NCBI GenBank assembly: GCA_015063605.1
Contig: SVTV01000011.1
Location: 1 to 64,000 of the forward strand
Direction of reading: 5' to 3'
Source: Oscillospiraceae bacterium
GTDB lineage: Bacteria; Bacillota; Clostridia; Oscillospirales; SIG627
DNA: 64,000 nucleotides
Shown: piece by piece, positions 9,961-20,104 of the stretch
Layout of the letters: the number at the start of each line of letters is the position of its first letter
Position numbering within the stretch: position 1 is the first letter of the stretch
Made by a program: the position numbers and the translations under genes
The notes under the pieces: model-generated
What the model was told of the DNA's origin: nothing
Databases searched by the model: none
What the model saw: the letters and a program-made list of their open reading frames with translations, nothing else

Positions 9961-10877
9961 TGAAAAAAGCTTTACTTATAGCAGGAGGCGGAACTCTCGG
10001 TACTTACACAGCAGAGGAGCTTCTGCGTCTCGGACACAGCGTTGATATCATTTGCCTTGAGGATAAGGTATCCGATAATAAAGATCTGAGATACTATAAG
10101 GCGAATGCCACGCTGGAATTCCTTCGTGAGCTTTTCAAGGAGAACCGCTATGACGGTATAGTCAATTTTATCCATTACAAGAATCATCTCGACTATATTC
10201 CCTATCATGAATTGCTGACGGAAAACACGGATCATCTTATCTTTCTGTCCTCATACCGTGTTTATGCGGATCTTGAACATCCCGTCAGGGAAACATCCCC
10301 GCAGCTTATAGACGTTATAAAGGACGATCCCGAGTTTTTCGAAAAGGAGGATTACGCCCTGTCAAAGTCCAAGGCTGAAAGATTCCTGCGTGACAATCCG
10401 TATCCGAAAAAATGGACTATAGTCCGTCCCGTTATCTCCTTCTCGGACAGAAGACTTGATATAAATATGGTCTCCCGTCATGAAGTGATCGAAGCGGTGA
10501 AGGAGGGAAGAAAGGTCAGACTTCCCATCGAAGCAAAGCATCTTACGGCAGGTCTTGATTGGGCGGGAAACTCGGGTAAGATAATAGCCAACCTTCTCTT
10601 CAAGAAGGAATGTATAGGAGAAGCCTATACGGTATCCTCAGCTCAGAATCTCACAACGGCGGAGATCGCGGATATTTATACCGAGGTGCTGGGTGTGGAA
10701 TTCGAATGGGTTCCCGCAGACTTTAAAAGCGACAATTTCAATTGGCGCTACGACAGAATATATGACAGAACCATAGATAATTCAAAGGTGCTCGCGGCTG
10801 CGGGGCTTGAACCCTCGGATTTCAAGAGCATCAAGGAAGGCTTGATAACGGAGCTTAAAAAGCTCGGTGCTATCTGA
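9960..10877 (+). CDS. NAD(P)-binding Rossmann-fold protein (NmrA/atypical SDR epimerase-like)
   Basis: MKKALLIAGGGTLGTYTAEELLRLGHSV glycine-rich dinucleotide-binding motif; TAATG overlap with upstream gene. Confidence 0.55.
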   Translation: MKKALLIAGGGTLGTYTAEELLRLGHSVDIICLEDKVSDNKDLRYYKANATLEFLRELFKENRYDGIVNFIHYKNHLDYIPYHELLTENTDHLIFLSSYRVYADLEHPVRETSPQLIDVIKDDPEFFEKEDYALSKSKAERFLRDNPYPKKWTIVRPVISFSDRRLDINMVSRHEVIEAVKEGRKVRLPIEAKHLTAGLDWAGNSGKIIANLLFKKECIGEAYTVSSAQNLTTAEIADIYTEVLGVEFEWVPADFKSDNFNWRYDRIYDRTIDNSKVLAAAGLEPSDFKSIKEGLITELKKLGAI

Positions 10878-10897
10878 CAGAAAGGAACGATCGCAAA

Positions 10898-11872
10898 ATG
10901 AAAGCAGTACTTATAAACGATGACAAGTCATTAAGATGGGACAATGTTCCCGATCCCGTGACAGGATCCGAGGACGTACTTATAAAGGTGGAATATGCGG
11001 CTCTTAACCGTGCCGATCTTCTTCAGAGACAGGGAGATTATCCTCCCCCTCCCGGTTGCCCCGAATGGATGGGACTTGAGGTCTCGGGCGAGATAGTCGA
11101 AATGGGAGATAAGGCAAAGGAGGAGTCGGGCTACAAGATAGGTGATAAGGTCTGCGCACTTCTCGGAGGCGGCGGTTATGCGGAATACGTTTGTGTAAAG
11201 CATGATATGTGTATGCCCGTGCCGAAAAACTGCACTATGGCTGAGGCGGCGTGCATCCCCGAGGCTTTTGCCACGGCTTATCTTAAGCTTTTTGTTGAGG
11301 GGAAAGCAAAGGCGGGAGATACTCTTCTCGTTCATGCGGGAGCAAGCGGACTTTCCAGCGTCGTCATTCCCATGGCAAAGCAGTTCGGACTCAGAGTAAT
11401 TACCACAGTAAGAAGAGATCCCGAGGCGGTATCACATCTCGGAGCGGACATAGTTATAGACACAAGAAAGGACAGCCTTGCCGAATTGCTTAAGAAAGAG
11501 GAGGAAGAGGGAAGAGCGGTGGATATCGCCATCGACTGCCTCGGCGGTAAAGCCTTAGGTGAATGTCTTCCCTACGTTAAGTACGGATGCCGCTGGATAG
11601 TTATTGCGGCGCTGGCAGGCTCGGAAACCACGATCGACCTTAAGAATATTTATAAAAAGAATATAAGGATAATAGGAAGCACACTCCGTTCCCGTGCTCC
11701 CGAAATGAAGGCGCAGATATTGAAGAGCATAGTTTCCGAAATATATCCCAAGGTGGAAAGCGGACTTATCAAGCCTACGCTTTATAAGGTGTTTCCCATA
11801 ACGGAAGCGGAAAAGGCTCACGATGTGCTTTTGCACAGCGAGAACAACGGCAAGGTCGTTCTGAAGGTGTGA
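10898..11872 (+). CDS. Quinone oxidoreductase / zinc-free MDR family NADPH oxidoreductase
   Basis: 324 aa, Qor/PIG3-like layout ...VHAGASGLSS... nucleotide-binding region. Confidence 0.6.
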   Translation: MKAVLINDDKSLRWDNVPDPVTGSEDVLIKVEYAALNRADLLQRQGDYPPPPGCPEWMGLEVSGEIVEMGDKAKEESGYKIGDKVCALLGGGGYAEYVCVKHDMCMPVPKNCTMAEAACIPEAFATAYLKLFVEGKAKAGDTLLVHAGASGLSSVVIPMAKQFGLRVITTVRRDPEAVSHLGADIVIDTRKDSLAELLKKEEEEGRAVDIAIDCLGGKALGECLPYVKYGCRWIVIAALAGSETTIDLKNIYKKNIRIIGSTLRSRAPEMKAQILKSIVSEIYPKVESGLIKPTLYKVFPITEAEKAHDVLLHSENNGKVVLKV

Positions 11873-11930
11873 CAGTCTGAAACAGCGTCGATCGTTTGAT
11901 CGTTACGGTGCTTGAAGTATAAAGAAAGGT

Positions 11931-14765
11931 GTGGTTATAATTATGGCTGACAGAAGTGTTTCTTTGAGCGGAGCATGGAAAATAATAAAAGATACCGAAA
12001 ATAACGGAAAAGAAATCGGATGGCAGTACGGTATCCCCGATACGGAGGTCTTTGATGCATTTGTCCCCGCATCTCTTGCTCCGGAACAATGGATAATGAA
12101 TCTTTCCTATTCGAATGTGTTTCCGGGATATCATGGCTTTGTATGGTATTATAAGACTCTTGATACTCTGCCGAGGGTCGGCGAGGGAGAAAGATGTCTT
12201 CTTGAATTCGATCATGCGGGTCATCTTTGCAGGATATATGTGAACGGCATATTTATCGGTGAACACAGAGGTCATGAAAAGAGATTTTATTTCGATATAA
12301 CGGATGCGCTCAAGGGTGATGGAAGCGACCTTCTGGCGGTAAATTGCTTTGAGCCGCGGGCTACGGGCAGACCGATAGAGGGAATAATGCTGTCCGACCT
12401 TCCCAATGCCTGCTGGGCGAATACCCAAGGCTTTATGGCAGGAGCAGAAAACTCCTTCTGTCTTGAATGTGTGGGCGGCATTCTCGGTGAAGTAAGATTG
12501 CGCTCTGCAGGTGATATCACCATTGAGGATGTTTATATACGCCCCGATCACAAAAGCGGAGACGTAAAAGTGAAGCTTGAGGTCATAAACGCTTCCTCAG
12601 ATACAAGGCTTGAAAATGTCGGATTTGTGATATCGGATCAAAAAAGGGGTATCCCCGTAACGGAGCTTTCGAAGGTGGTAAAGATCCCTTCGGGAAGCTC
12701 CGAGGTTACTCTCGAATGTAACGTGCCGTGCCATAAGCTGTGGTCTGTGAGCGATCCATACCTATACGTTGCGAATATATCCCTCGGAAGCGGTGAAAAA
12801 TGCACTCTGCGTTTCGGATTCAAGGATTTCAGGGTGAAAAACGGTTATTTCTTTCTTAATGACAAGCGGATCTTCCTTAAGGGCGCTCACTCTCTCGTTT
12901 CCGCAGAGGCTTGTATTACAATGAAAGCGCTGGGCTTCAATGCCATACGCACCATTTCCCGTTCATTTACCGAGGAAGCTCTGAACGTATGCGACGAGAT
13001 AGGCATGCTCGTTATAGATGCCGCTCTGACGGGATGGGGTATGTTCATGCACGATAATACCCGCTCGCAGATCGAGGAGTATAATGAAAATACGATCCGT
13101 GCCCACCGCAACCATCCATGTATTGCCGCTTACGGTATCTTCAATGAGCTGGGCGGTAAACGTGATGTGTTTGAGTGCGGTGTTGAAGCGTTGCCGAAGC
13201 TTCGTGTACTTGCTCCCGATACGGTCTTTTTCCTTCACAGCGGCAGGTGGGACAGAGATATAACGCTCGGAAGCGTATCGAATCCCGGTTCGGACAGATG
13301 GGATACGTATTTCGGAGCGGAGGGCTGTCCCGATCATCCCGACAGAGAACTTCCGATGCACTTTGACGGATATCAAGATCCCGCAATGGGAGATATCCAT
13401 ATTTATATGCACGTTCCCGTAACGGGCAGAGTCAAAAATTATCTGCGGAATATCGGTCGTGACACTAATCCCGTGTTCGTCAGCGAATCGGGAATAGCAT
13501 CGCAGAACGATCCCATGCGTGATCTTCTCATTCACAGCGGCTTAAAGCTGTCTGAAGCCGTAACGGTGGAGACCGTCCGTTCAACATTGGAGGAAGCGGA
13601 AGCTTTTCTCGACTTTTACGGTCTTCGTTCCGTTTATCCCTTGATACATGATCTGAGCCGTGATACCGATAAGCTGAACGGAGCTCAAAGGTCGATGCTT
13701 TATGATATATACCGTTCAAATCCCAAGATAAACGGCTTCAGCTTTACGAGCTTCGGAATAAGTAATGAGGGCACAAATGAAAATAATTGGCTTGTGAAGG
13801 AATCCCTTGCGTATGCCTTGCAGAACGGTCATGCCCCCTTGCGTTGGGCGCTTTTCTCCGAAGAACGCACGGTATATGCCGATAAGCCCTTTACCGTGGA
13901 GGCGGTCTTGTGCAATGAGGATGTGCTTGATCCGGGTACATATAAAGCATTGGCTTATATAAAGGGAAAGAACGGCGTAGTGTGGGAAAAGAGCTTTGAT
14001 GCCGTATATCCCGAAAAAGGCTTCGGCTCAATGATGCCGCTTGCGGCACGCGTATTGAAGGAAAATGTTTCTCTTCCCGCAGGTGAGTATGTATTTACCG
14101 TAAGACTCCTTGAGGGAGGAATGGCTTGCGGCGGTGAGCTTTCCGTAACGGTGGCAAAGGCGGATGATTTCAAGGGAGACATTTACGTATGGGGAATATC
14201 GGATAAGATGCGCTCGTTTATTGAAGCCAAAGGAATATCGGTTCACGATCTGTCGGAGATCCAAAATGAAGACAGTGTATGTACGGTATTGGTGGGATGT
14301 CCCGAAAACGGAGAATACATTTCACTTCTCCGCACCATTGCGGAAAAAGGTGCATCTGTCATTTTCACCGACTTTCATTATTTACTTAAAGAAAAAGAGC
14401 TTCTTTGTAGTATAGCCGGTGAAGGTACCGCTATTGCGGATGCAATGGGAACTATATATCATTACGATCATATCGCTGCCTGCCCCGATGTGTTTGACGG
14501 AATCCAGAATATAGGCGTATTGGACTTCGACAGATACGGCGAGGTGTATCCGCAGCAGGTGATAAAGCCTTATAAAAAGCCCGATAAGACTCTTTGTGCG
14601 GGAATTCGCATAGAAACGACATTTTGCTATACGGGACTTTCTCTCGGAGAATATTCTGCGGGAAAGGGACGCTTTGTGGTAAACACCTTCAGAATTGAGG
14701 AGACCTTGGGACAGCATCCCTTCGCCGACAAGCTTCTGATGAATCTGATCAAAAAGTATAATTAA
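11931..14765 (+). CDS. Glycoside hydrolase family 2-like protein (beta-galactosidase/mannosidase/glucuronidase superfamily)
   Basis: N-terminal GH2 sugar-binding domain pattern (DHAGHLCRIYVNGIFIGEHRGHEKRFYFDITDAL), central TIM barrel with NE motif (GIFNELGG); 944 aa. Confidence 0.55.
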   Translation: MVIIMADRSVSLSGAWKIIKDTENNGKEIGWQYGIPDTEVFDAFVPASLAPEQWIMNLSYSNVFPGYHGFVWYYKTLDTLPRVGEGERCLLEFDHAGHLCRIYVNGIFIGEHRGHEKRFYFDITDALKGDGSDLLAVNCFEPRATGRPIEGIMLSDLPNACWANTQGFMAGAENSFCLECVGGILGEVRLRSAGDITIEDVYIRPDHKSGDVKVKLEVINASSDTRLENVGFVISDQKRGIPVTELSKVVKIPSGSSEVTLECNVPCHKLWSVSDPYLYVANISLGSGEKCTLRFGFKDFRVKNGYFFLNDKRIFLKGAHSLVSAEACITMKALGFNAIRTISRSFTEEALNVCDEIGMLVIDAALTGWGMFMHDNTRSQIEEYNENTIRAHRNHPCIAAYGIFNELGGKRDVFECGVEALPKLRVLAPDTVFFLHSGRWDRDITLGSVSNPGSDRWDTYFGAEGCPDHPDRELPMHFDGYQDPAMGDIHIYMHVPVTGRVKNYLRNIGRDTNPVFVSESGIASQNDPMRDLLIHSGLKLSEAVTVETVRSTLEEAEAFLDFYGLRSVYPLIHDLSRDTDKLNGAQRSMLYDIYRSNPKINGFSFTSFGISNEGTNENNWLVKESLAYALQNGHAPLRWALFSEERTVYADKPFTVEAVLCNEDVLDPGTYKALAYIKGKNGVVWEKSFDAVYPEKGFGSMMPLAARVLKENVSLPAGEYVFTVRLLEGGMACGGELSVTVAKADDFKGDIYVWGISDKMRSFIEAKGISVHDLSEIQNEDSVCTVLVGCPENGEYISLLRTIAEKGASVIFTDFHYLLKEKELLCSIAGEGTAIADAMGTIYHYDHIAACPDVFDGIQNIGVLDFDRYGEVYPQQVIKPYKKPDKTLCAGIRIETTFCYTGLSLGEYSAGKGRFVVNTFRIEETLGQHPFADKLLMNLIKKYN

Positions 14766-14796
14766 GGATCGGTTTCGGATAATGAATAATGACGGC

Positions 14797-14838
14797 GGTG
14801 CCCGCGTAAGACATGGGTACCGCTTCTTTTTTATCAGG
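14797..14838 (+). terminator. Intrinsic terminator after GH2 gene
   Basis: GCGGTGCCC-N-GGGTACCGC hairpin followed by TTCTTTTTTA. Confidence 0.65.
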
Positions 14839-14997
14839 ATCAAACGTCAATGTGAGCCGAAAACGATTATTCGTTGTAAAAAATGTAATCTGCTTACATT
14901 ATTCATTGCAAAAAGTGTGATTTGATTGCAAAATACGTTGTAATTTTTGTATTTTTATGATATACTATAATTACATAATTATTACGGAGGTGCGTAT

Positions 14998-16296
14998 ATG
15001 TATCGGATCGCCATTGAAAGGCTGTTTAAATGGAAGGAAAGCAAATACCGAAAGCCGATGATCATTGAAGGCGCCCGTCAGGTCGGTAAGACATGGCTGA
15101 TGAAGGAATTCGGCAGACAGGCGTACGAGAAGACCGTATATATCAATTTTGACTCCAATTCAAGGATGGCGGAGCTTTTCTCTTCGGATCTTGATACGGA
15201 GCGTCTGATAATGGGTCTGGAGCTGTATTCGGGACAAAGGATCGATCCGGGTAAGACCTTGCTGATATTCGATGAGGTCCAGGAGGTTCCGAGAGCGCTG
15301 TCTTCCCTTAAATACTTTTATGAAAATGCTCCGCAGTATCATATTGTGTGCGCAGGCTCATTGCTCGGGATAGCCTTGCATCAAGGTACGTCCTTTCCCG
15401 TAGGAAAGGTTGATTTTCTGAAGCTGTATCCGCTCTCCTTCAAGGAATATCTGATGGCAACGGAAAAAGAACGGTTCGCGGAATTGATAGATACGAATGA
15501 TTTCCAAATGATCACAAGCTTCAGGCAAACATATATCGATTCCCTGAAGATGTATTATTTCGTGGGCGGAATGCCCGAAGCGGTACAAAGCTTTGCGGAA
15601 AATAAAGATCTTAATGAGGTACGTGAGATACAAAAGCGGATACTCGCGGCGTATGAGCAGGATTTTTCAAAGCACGCTCCCAATGAGATCGTACCGAGGA
15701 TACGTATGCTGTGGAACAGTATACCGTCCCAGCTTGCCAAAGAAAACAAGAAGTTCATCTACGGTATTGTCCGTGAGGGCGCAAGGGCGAAGGAATACGA
15801 AAGTGCGATAATGTGGCTCAGCGACTGCGGTCTTGTCCACAAGGTCAGCCGTGTCAATGCTCCGGGTATCCCTTTGCGGGCGTATGAGGACTTGAAGGCA
15901 TTTAAGCTGTTTGCGTTGGATATAGGACTTCTCGGATGCATGGCGGGGCTGCGTAGGACGGCATTGCTTGACGGCAACGATCTTTTCGTTGAGTTCAAGG
16001 GTGCTCTTACCGAACAGTATGTATGCCAGCAGCTGAAGACCGTTGAGGGAGTGGATATTTATTACTACACCAATGACAGGGGCTCCTGCGAGGTCGATTT
16101 TGTTGTTGATACGGGCGAGCGGATAGTCCCTGTAGAAGTGAAGGCAGAGGTGAATCTCAAGGCAAAAAGCCTTAAGACATACATGGAGAAATTCTCTCCC
16201 GAAATCTCGGTACGCACATCCATGGCGGATTACAAAGTAAGCGACGGTCTTGTCGACCTTCCGTTGTATGCGGTCTGCCGCATCACCATGATATGA
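14998..16296 (+). CDS. AAA+ ATPase with DUF4143 domain (AAA_14 family ATP-binding protein)
   Basis: Walker A GARQVGKTWL near N-terminus, 432 aa, architecture typical of DUF4143 ATPases. Confidence 0.7.
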   Translation: MYRIAIERLFKWKESKYRKPMIIEGARQVGKTWLMKEFGRQAYEKTVYINFDSNSRMAELFSSDLDTERLIMGLELYSGQRIDPGKTLLIFDEVQEVPRALSSLKYFYENAPQYHIVCAGSLLGIALHQGTSFPVGKVDFLKLYPLSFKEYLMATEKERFAELIDTNDFQMITSFRQTYIDSLKMYYFVGGMPEAVQSFAENKDLNEVREIQKRILAAYEQDFSKHAPNEIVPRIRMLWNSIPSQLAKENKKFIYGIVREGARAKEYESAIMWLSDCGLVHKVSRVNAPGIPLRAYEDLKAFKLFALDIGLLGCMAGLRRTALLDGNDLFVEFKGALTEQYVCQQLKTVEGVDIYYYTNDRGSCEVDFVVDTGERIVPVEVKAEVNLKAKSLKTYMEKFSPEISVRTSMADYKVSDGLVDLPLYAVCRITMI

Positions 16297-16355
16297 AAAA
16301 GCGTGAAATGAGCTTGAAAAAGACAACTTTTTACAAAAAATTATAAAAATACCTC

Positions 16356-16384
16356 TTGACAATCACGTGACAGTGTGTTATAAT
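16356..16384 (+). promoter_or_regulatory. Consensus sigma70 promoter TTGACA-17-TATAAT
   Basis: ttgacaatcacgtgacagtgtgttataat; followed by about 110-nt leader with hairpins (aatgtcagc...gctgac). Confidence 0.6.
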
Positions 16385-16493
16385 CATAATGTCAGCGAAA
16401 GAAAATATGCTGACTGCATAATTGAAGCGAGAGCTTCGTGAATGTTGAAAGGAATGACACTTTTGTAAATATATAAAGTAAGGAAAACGGAGC

Positions 16494-17069
16494 ATGAATA
16501 TAATAAAAGGAGATCCGATGATCCCGGGTACCGTCTTTTCAAAGGAAAAGATGGGAAATGTCACGGGGATGGAGTTTTTGAATAAAATATTCTTTATATC
16601 CGACGGTATAATGTTTAATCAGGTAAAGCAGATAACGGGTCTTGATGTATCCACCATACAGAATTGGGTAAGGCGCGGATGGGTGCCCAACCCTGTGAAC
16701 AAGAGATACAGCAAGGACACCGTGGCACGTATACTTATAATCATTATGCTGAAAAAGACCATGAGTCTTGAAAGAATAGATGCACTTTTAAAATACATCA
16801 ACGGAACTATAGGTGATGTGACCGACGATATAATCCCCGAATCGAAGCTTTATGATTATATATGTCGTATAATCGATAAGCTTACTGCGGAGAGCAGTGA
16901 GTCGGGTATGGACGGTCTTGTGAAGACTATTGAGGAATGTGTTTCGGATTATGAGGAAAAATATGCGGGAGCAAGAAGAAGGCTCGAGAAGGCTCTCGAG
17001 ATAATCGTGGTATCTTATTATGCGGTGCTGCTTGCAGAGTATGCCGAAAGGTGCTTTGATGAAAGATAG
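16494..17069 (+). CDS. MerR-type HTH domain protein (DUF1836-like), function unknown
   Basis: VKQITGLDVSTIQNWVRRGWVPNP fits the MerR-family HTH pattern; first gene of NfeD/flotillin operon. Confidence 0.4.
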   Translation: MNIIKGDPMIPGTVFSKEKMGNVTGMEFLNKIFFISDGIMFNQVKQITGLDVSTIQNWVRRGWVPNPVNKRYSKDTVARILIIIMLKKTMSLERIDALLKYINGTIGDVTDDIIPESKLYDYICRIIDKLTAESSESGMDGLVKTIEECVSDYEEKYAGARRRLEKALEIIVVSYYAVLLAEYAERCFDER

Positions 17070-17106
17070 AGTATCATATATATTTTAAAGAAAGGAAGCT
17101 TGTGTT

Positions 17107-17715
17107 ATGTTTGAATGGTTTGAGGCTTTAAGCAGTATTGCGAAGATATATGCATTCATAGCCATCCCGTCTACGGTCATTCTGGTGATACAGACGGTAC
17201 TGGTGCTTTTCGGAATAGGAGATGCCGAAGCCGATGTGGAGATCGATGCGGACGGCGATCTCGGAGATGTAAGCGCCGACGTTAACGGCGACGGCGGTCT
17301 TACCTTATTCAGCGTCCGCGGGATAATGGCGTTTCTCTGCGTGGGCGGTTGGAGCGGTCTCGTCTTCGAAAAATTGGGACTTCATCTGATAGTTGTTATA
17401 GCCTTGTCCCTTATCTGCGGAAGCGCCGCACTTGTGGGAATAGCTTTTCTTGTGAGAGCTTTATTGAAGCTTCAGGATAACGGCAATACCGATATTTCCA
17501 ACGCCATAGGAAAGATAGGCGAGGTGTACATACCCATTCCCGGAGAAGGAAAGGGAAAAGGAAAAATAACGCTCGTTTTGCAGGAAAAGTTTTCCGAGGT
17601 GTATGCCATAACCCAAGAATCGGAGACTATAAAAACGGGTGAATCGGTCCGTGTGGTGTCCACAAACGGTCTCGATCTTGTTGTAGTGGAAAGGCTCAAG
17701 GGCTTTTCGAAGTAA
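17107..17715 (+). CDS. NfeD-family membrane protein (YuaF-like flotillin partner)
   Basis: N-terminal TM helices plus C-terminal OB-like soluble domain; immediately upstream of flotillin gene, as in the Bacillus yuaF-floT arrangement. Confidence 0.65.
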   Translation: MFEWFEALSSIAKIYAFIAIPSTVILVIQTVLVLFGIGDAEADVEIDADGDLGDVSADVNGDGGLTLFSVRGIMAFLCVGGWSGLVFEKLGLHLIVVIALSLICGSAALVGIAFLVRALLKLQDNGNTDISNAIGKIGEVYIPIPGEGKGKGKITLVLQEKFSEVYAITQESETIKTGESVRVVSTNGLDLVVVERLKGFSK

Positions 17716-17812
17716 TTCAGATTTTTATGCGTTAAGAACGCATTGAAATACCGATATGATCGGATAATATTTTTGTGATTTTAAAAGTAAAATCGGAAAG
17801 GCAAGGTTAAAA

Positions 17813-19210
17813 ATGGAATTGATAATTCTTTTCACCGTGATTGCGGTTCTTCTCTTTACGACGGTAATAGTTTTACTGTCAAGGTACAAAAAGTGTCCTT
17901 CTGACAAGATCATGGTAATTTACGGTAAGGTTGGCACAAACAGCGACGGAACCCAAAGAAGCGCCCGATGCATCCACGGCGGTGCGGCGTTTATATGGCC
18001 CGTGTTCCAGTCGTATCAGTATCTCGATCTTACACCCATATCCATCAGCGTAGATCTTAAGAACGCACTTTCCCGTCAGAATATCCGTATAGATGTTCCT
18101 TCACGTTTTACCGTTGGTATATCCACTGAAAGCGGTATAATGCAGAATGCTGCGGAAAGACTTTTGGGTCTCAAGATGGAAGAGGTACAGAGACTTGCCG
18201 AGGATATTATATTCGGTCAGCTCCGTCTTATCATCGCCACAATGGATATCGAAGAGATAAACACGGACAGAGATAAGTTCCTTGAAGCGGTCTCCGGAAA
18301 TGTTGAAACAGAGCTTAAGAAGATCGGTCTGCGCCTTATCAACGTTAACGTAACGGATATCGATGACGAATCCGGATATATCGTTGCTCTCGGTAAGGAA
18401 GCGGCTTCCAAGGCAATAAATGATGCGAAGGTATCCGTGGCACAGGCTGACAGAGCAGGCTCCATCGGTGCGGCAGAAGCTGAAAGAGACCAGAGAATAA
18501 ACGTATCCCGTTCAAACTCCGAGGCTATCGAGGGTGAAAACCAGGCTAAGGCGAAAATTGCGGAATCCGATGCTATCCGCCGTGAAAAGGAAGCGGAAGC
18601 CTTGAAGAGAGCTACAGCGGCTGAAAATATTCAGGCGGCAAAGGCTCAACAGGAATCCTATGCGGCTCAGCAGGAAGCGGAGCAGGCTCGTGCACTTCTT
18701 GAAAAGGCACGTCTTGAAGCCGATATCATCGTTAAGACGGAAATAGAAAAGAAACGCCTTGAGCTTCAGGCGGAAGCTGAAGCAGAACAGATACGCCGCA
18801 GAGCACGCGGTGAAGCCGATGCTATCAGAATGCGCCGTGAGGCGGAAGCTGTCGGTATGTATGAGATACTTTCAAAGCAGGCGGAAGGTTTTGCCAAGAT
18901 CGTGGATTCCGCAGACGGAAACTCCAATGCGGCTATCAAGCTTATGCTTGCCGATAAGATGGAAAAGCTCATATCCCTCCAGACAGAGGCTATAAAGAAT
19001 ATCAAGATAGACAAGGTCACCGTTTGGGACTCCGGTACGGCAGGAAAGGACGGAAAGAATTCCACAGCGGATTTCATTTCCGGAATAATGAAGTCTCTGC
19101 CTCCCATAAACGATATGCTCGATCTTGCGGGAATGCAGCTTCCCGAATATCTTGCACAGCCTAAAGGCGAAAGTGAAAATGCACCCTCTGAGGAAAACAA
19201 GGCTGAATAA
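17813..19210 (+). CDS. floT: Flotillin-like SPFH/band-7 protein (FloT/YuaG-type)
   Basis: N-terminal TM plus RYKKCPSDKIMVIYGKV SPFH start; long Ala/Glu-rich coiled-coil flotillin domain (AEAERDQRIN...EAEQARALLEKARLEAD). Confidence 0.8.
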   Translation: MELIILFTVIAVLLFTTVIVLLSRYKKCPSDKIMVIYGKVGTNSDGTQRSARCIHGGAAFIWPVFQSYQYLDLTPISISVDLKNALSRQNIRIDVPSRFTVGISTESGIMQNAAERLLGLKMEEVQRLAEDIIFGQLRLIIATMDIEEINTDRDKFLEAVSGNVETELKKIGLRLINVNVTDIDDESGYIVALGKEAASKAINDAKVSVAQADRAGSIGAAEAERDQRINVSRSNSEAIEGENQAKAKIAESDAIRREKEAEALKRATAAENIQAAKAQQESYAAQQEAEQARALLEKARLEADIIVKTEIEKKRLELQAEAEAEQIRRRARGEADAIRMRREAEAVGMYEILSKQAEGFAKIVDSADGNSNAAIKLMLADKMEKLISLQTEAIKNIKIDKVTVWDSGTAGKDGKNSTADFISGIMKSLPPINDMLDLAGMQLPEYLAQPKGESENAPSEENKAE

Positions 19211-19273
19211 TAAGAATTTATAAATCGATCCGTGATCCCCGCACAATATTGACCAATAAAATAAAGGTTTGTA

Positions 19274-19903
19274 TTGTACGGGGATCTTTTAAATGAAAAA
19301 GGTGTTATCATGAAAAATCAGAATTTCAGAATGTGGATAAATAATCTGTTGAAAGCGTTTCTTTCATTATTTATATGCGGTTTTGTGGGACAGCTTGCAT
19401 ATACCGTTTTCTTGAATACGAAGAACACAATGGCACCAAAGGAAGCGGAACCCGCTACGTCGATAGTAAGCTTTATAATATTTTTGATAGCTGTGTTCGT
19501 CATATATAAAATACAGGTTTTCGGAAGCCTTACGAATAAAGGCATTGATGAAAGAGAAATTCTTGAAAAAGCCTTTAGGGAAAATAATTACGAGATAGAC
19601 TATAATGCATATTTCAAAGATCAGGTGAAAAAGCGTCTTTGGAGTTATTACCTTGCGGCGGCGCTGGTTCAGATACCGCTGATTATAAATTATGCTCTTG
19701 TGAATGCTGTGAATATGACTCTTTACGAAGCGCCGATAGCTTTTTATAAGTTCTTCATGCCTTCACTTTTCGCATATCAGATGTGCGGAGACCTTTGGTT
19801 CTTGGGGGCATTAATATTTGTTTTGCTCTTCAGCGTTGTTTTCACAGCTCTTGTATACATAGAGCAAAAAAAGTGGCTTGTAAAACCGAGTTATCTGGAG
19901 TGA
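19274..19903 (+). CDS. Polytopic membrane protein, unknown function
   Basis: About 4 predicted TM helices; first gene of AT-rich island; probable start at 19311 (MKNQNF). Confidence 0.45.
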   Translation: MYGDLLNEKGVIMKNQNFRMWINNLLKAFLSLFICGFVGQLAYTVFLNTKNTMAPKEAEPATSIVSFIIFLIAVFVIYKIQVFGSLTNKGIDEREILEKAFRENNYEIDYNAYFKDQVKKRLWSYYLAAALVQIPLIINYALVNAVNMTLYEAPIAFYKFFMPSLFAYQMCGDLWFLGALIFVLLFSVVFTALVYIEQKKWLVKPSYLE

Positions 19904-20104
19904 ACCGGAAGAGATTCTTATTGTCCATATTGCAAAAAAAATTACGTGGTGTTCTTATAAAGATAATGAGTGAACAGAAAACTGTGGGTTTACATTATTG
20001 TGTTTTCTGTGGAATTTGAATTTTTAGAAAATTTAAAGAAGCGTATTTAAAATTTGTTGAGGAAAATAAAAAGCTGACAAGGGAATATACAGGGTAAGCA
20101 TCAG

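Noticed and set aside
15667-16362. 231-aa minus-strand ORF inside the DUF4143 ATPase gene. Similar long antisense ORFs occur at 26001..26822(-), 39048..39827(+), 40111..40764(+), 49455..50213(+), 50921..51688(-), 60413..61003(-), 60703..61290(+), 61628..62239(+) and 63092..63937(+)
   Set aside because: Each is antisense to a CDS with recognisable family motifs. None has a credible RBS or a homology signal, so all are treated as shadow ORFs.
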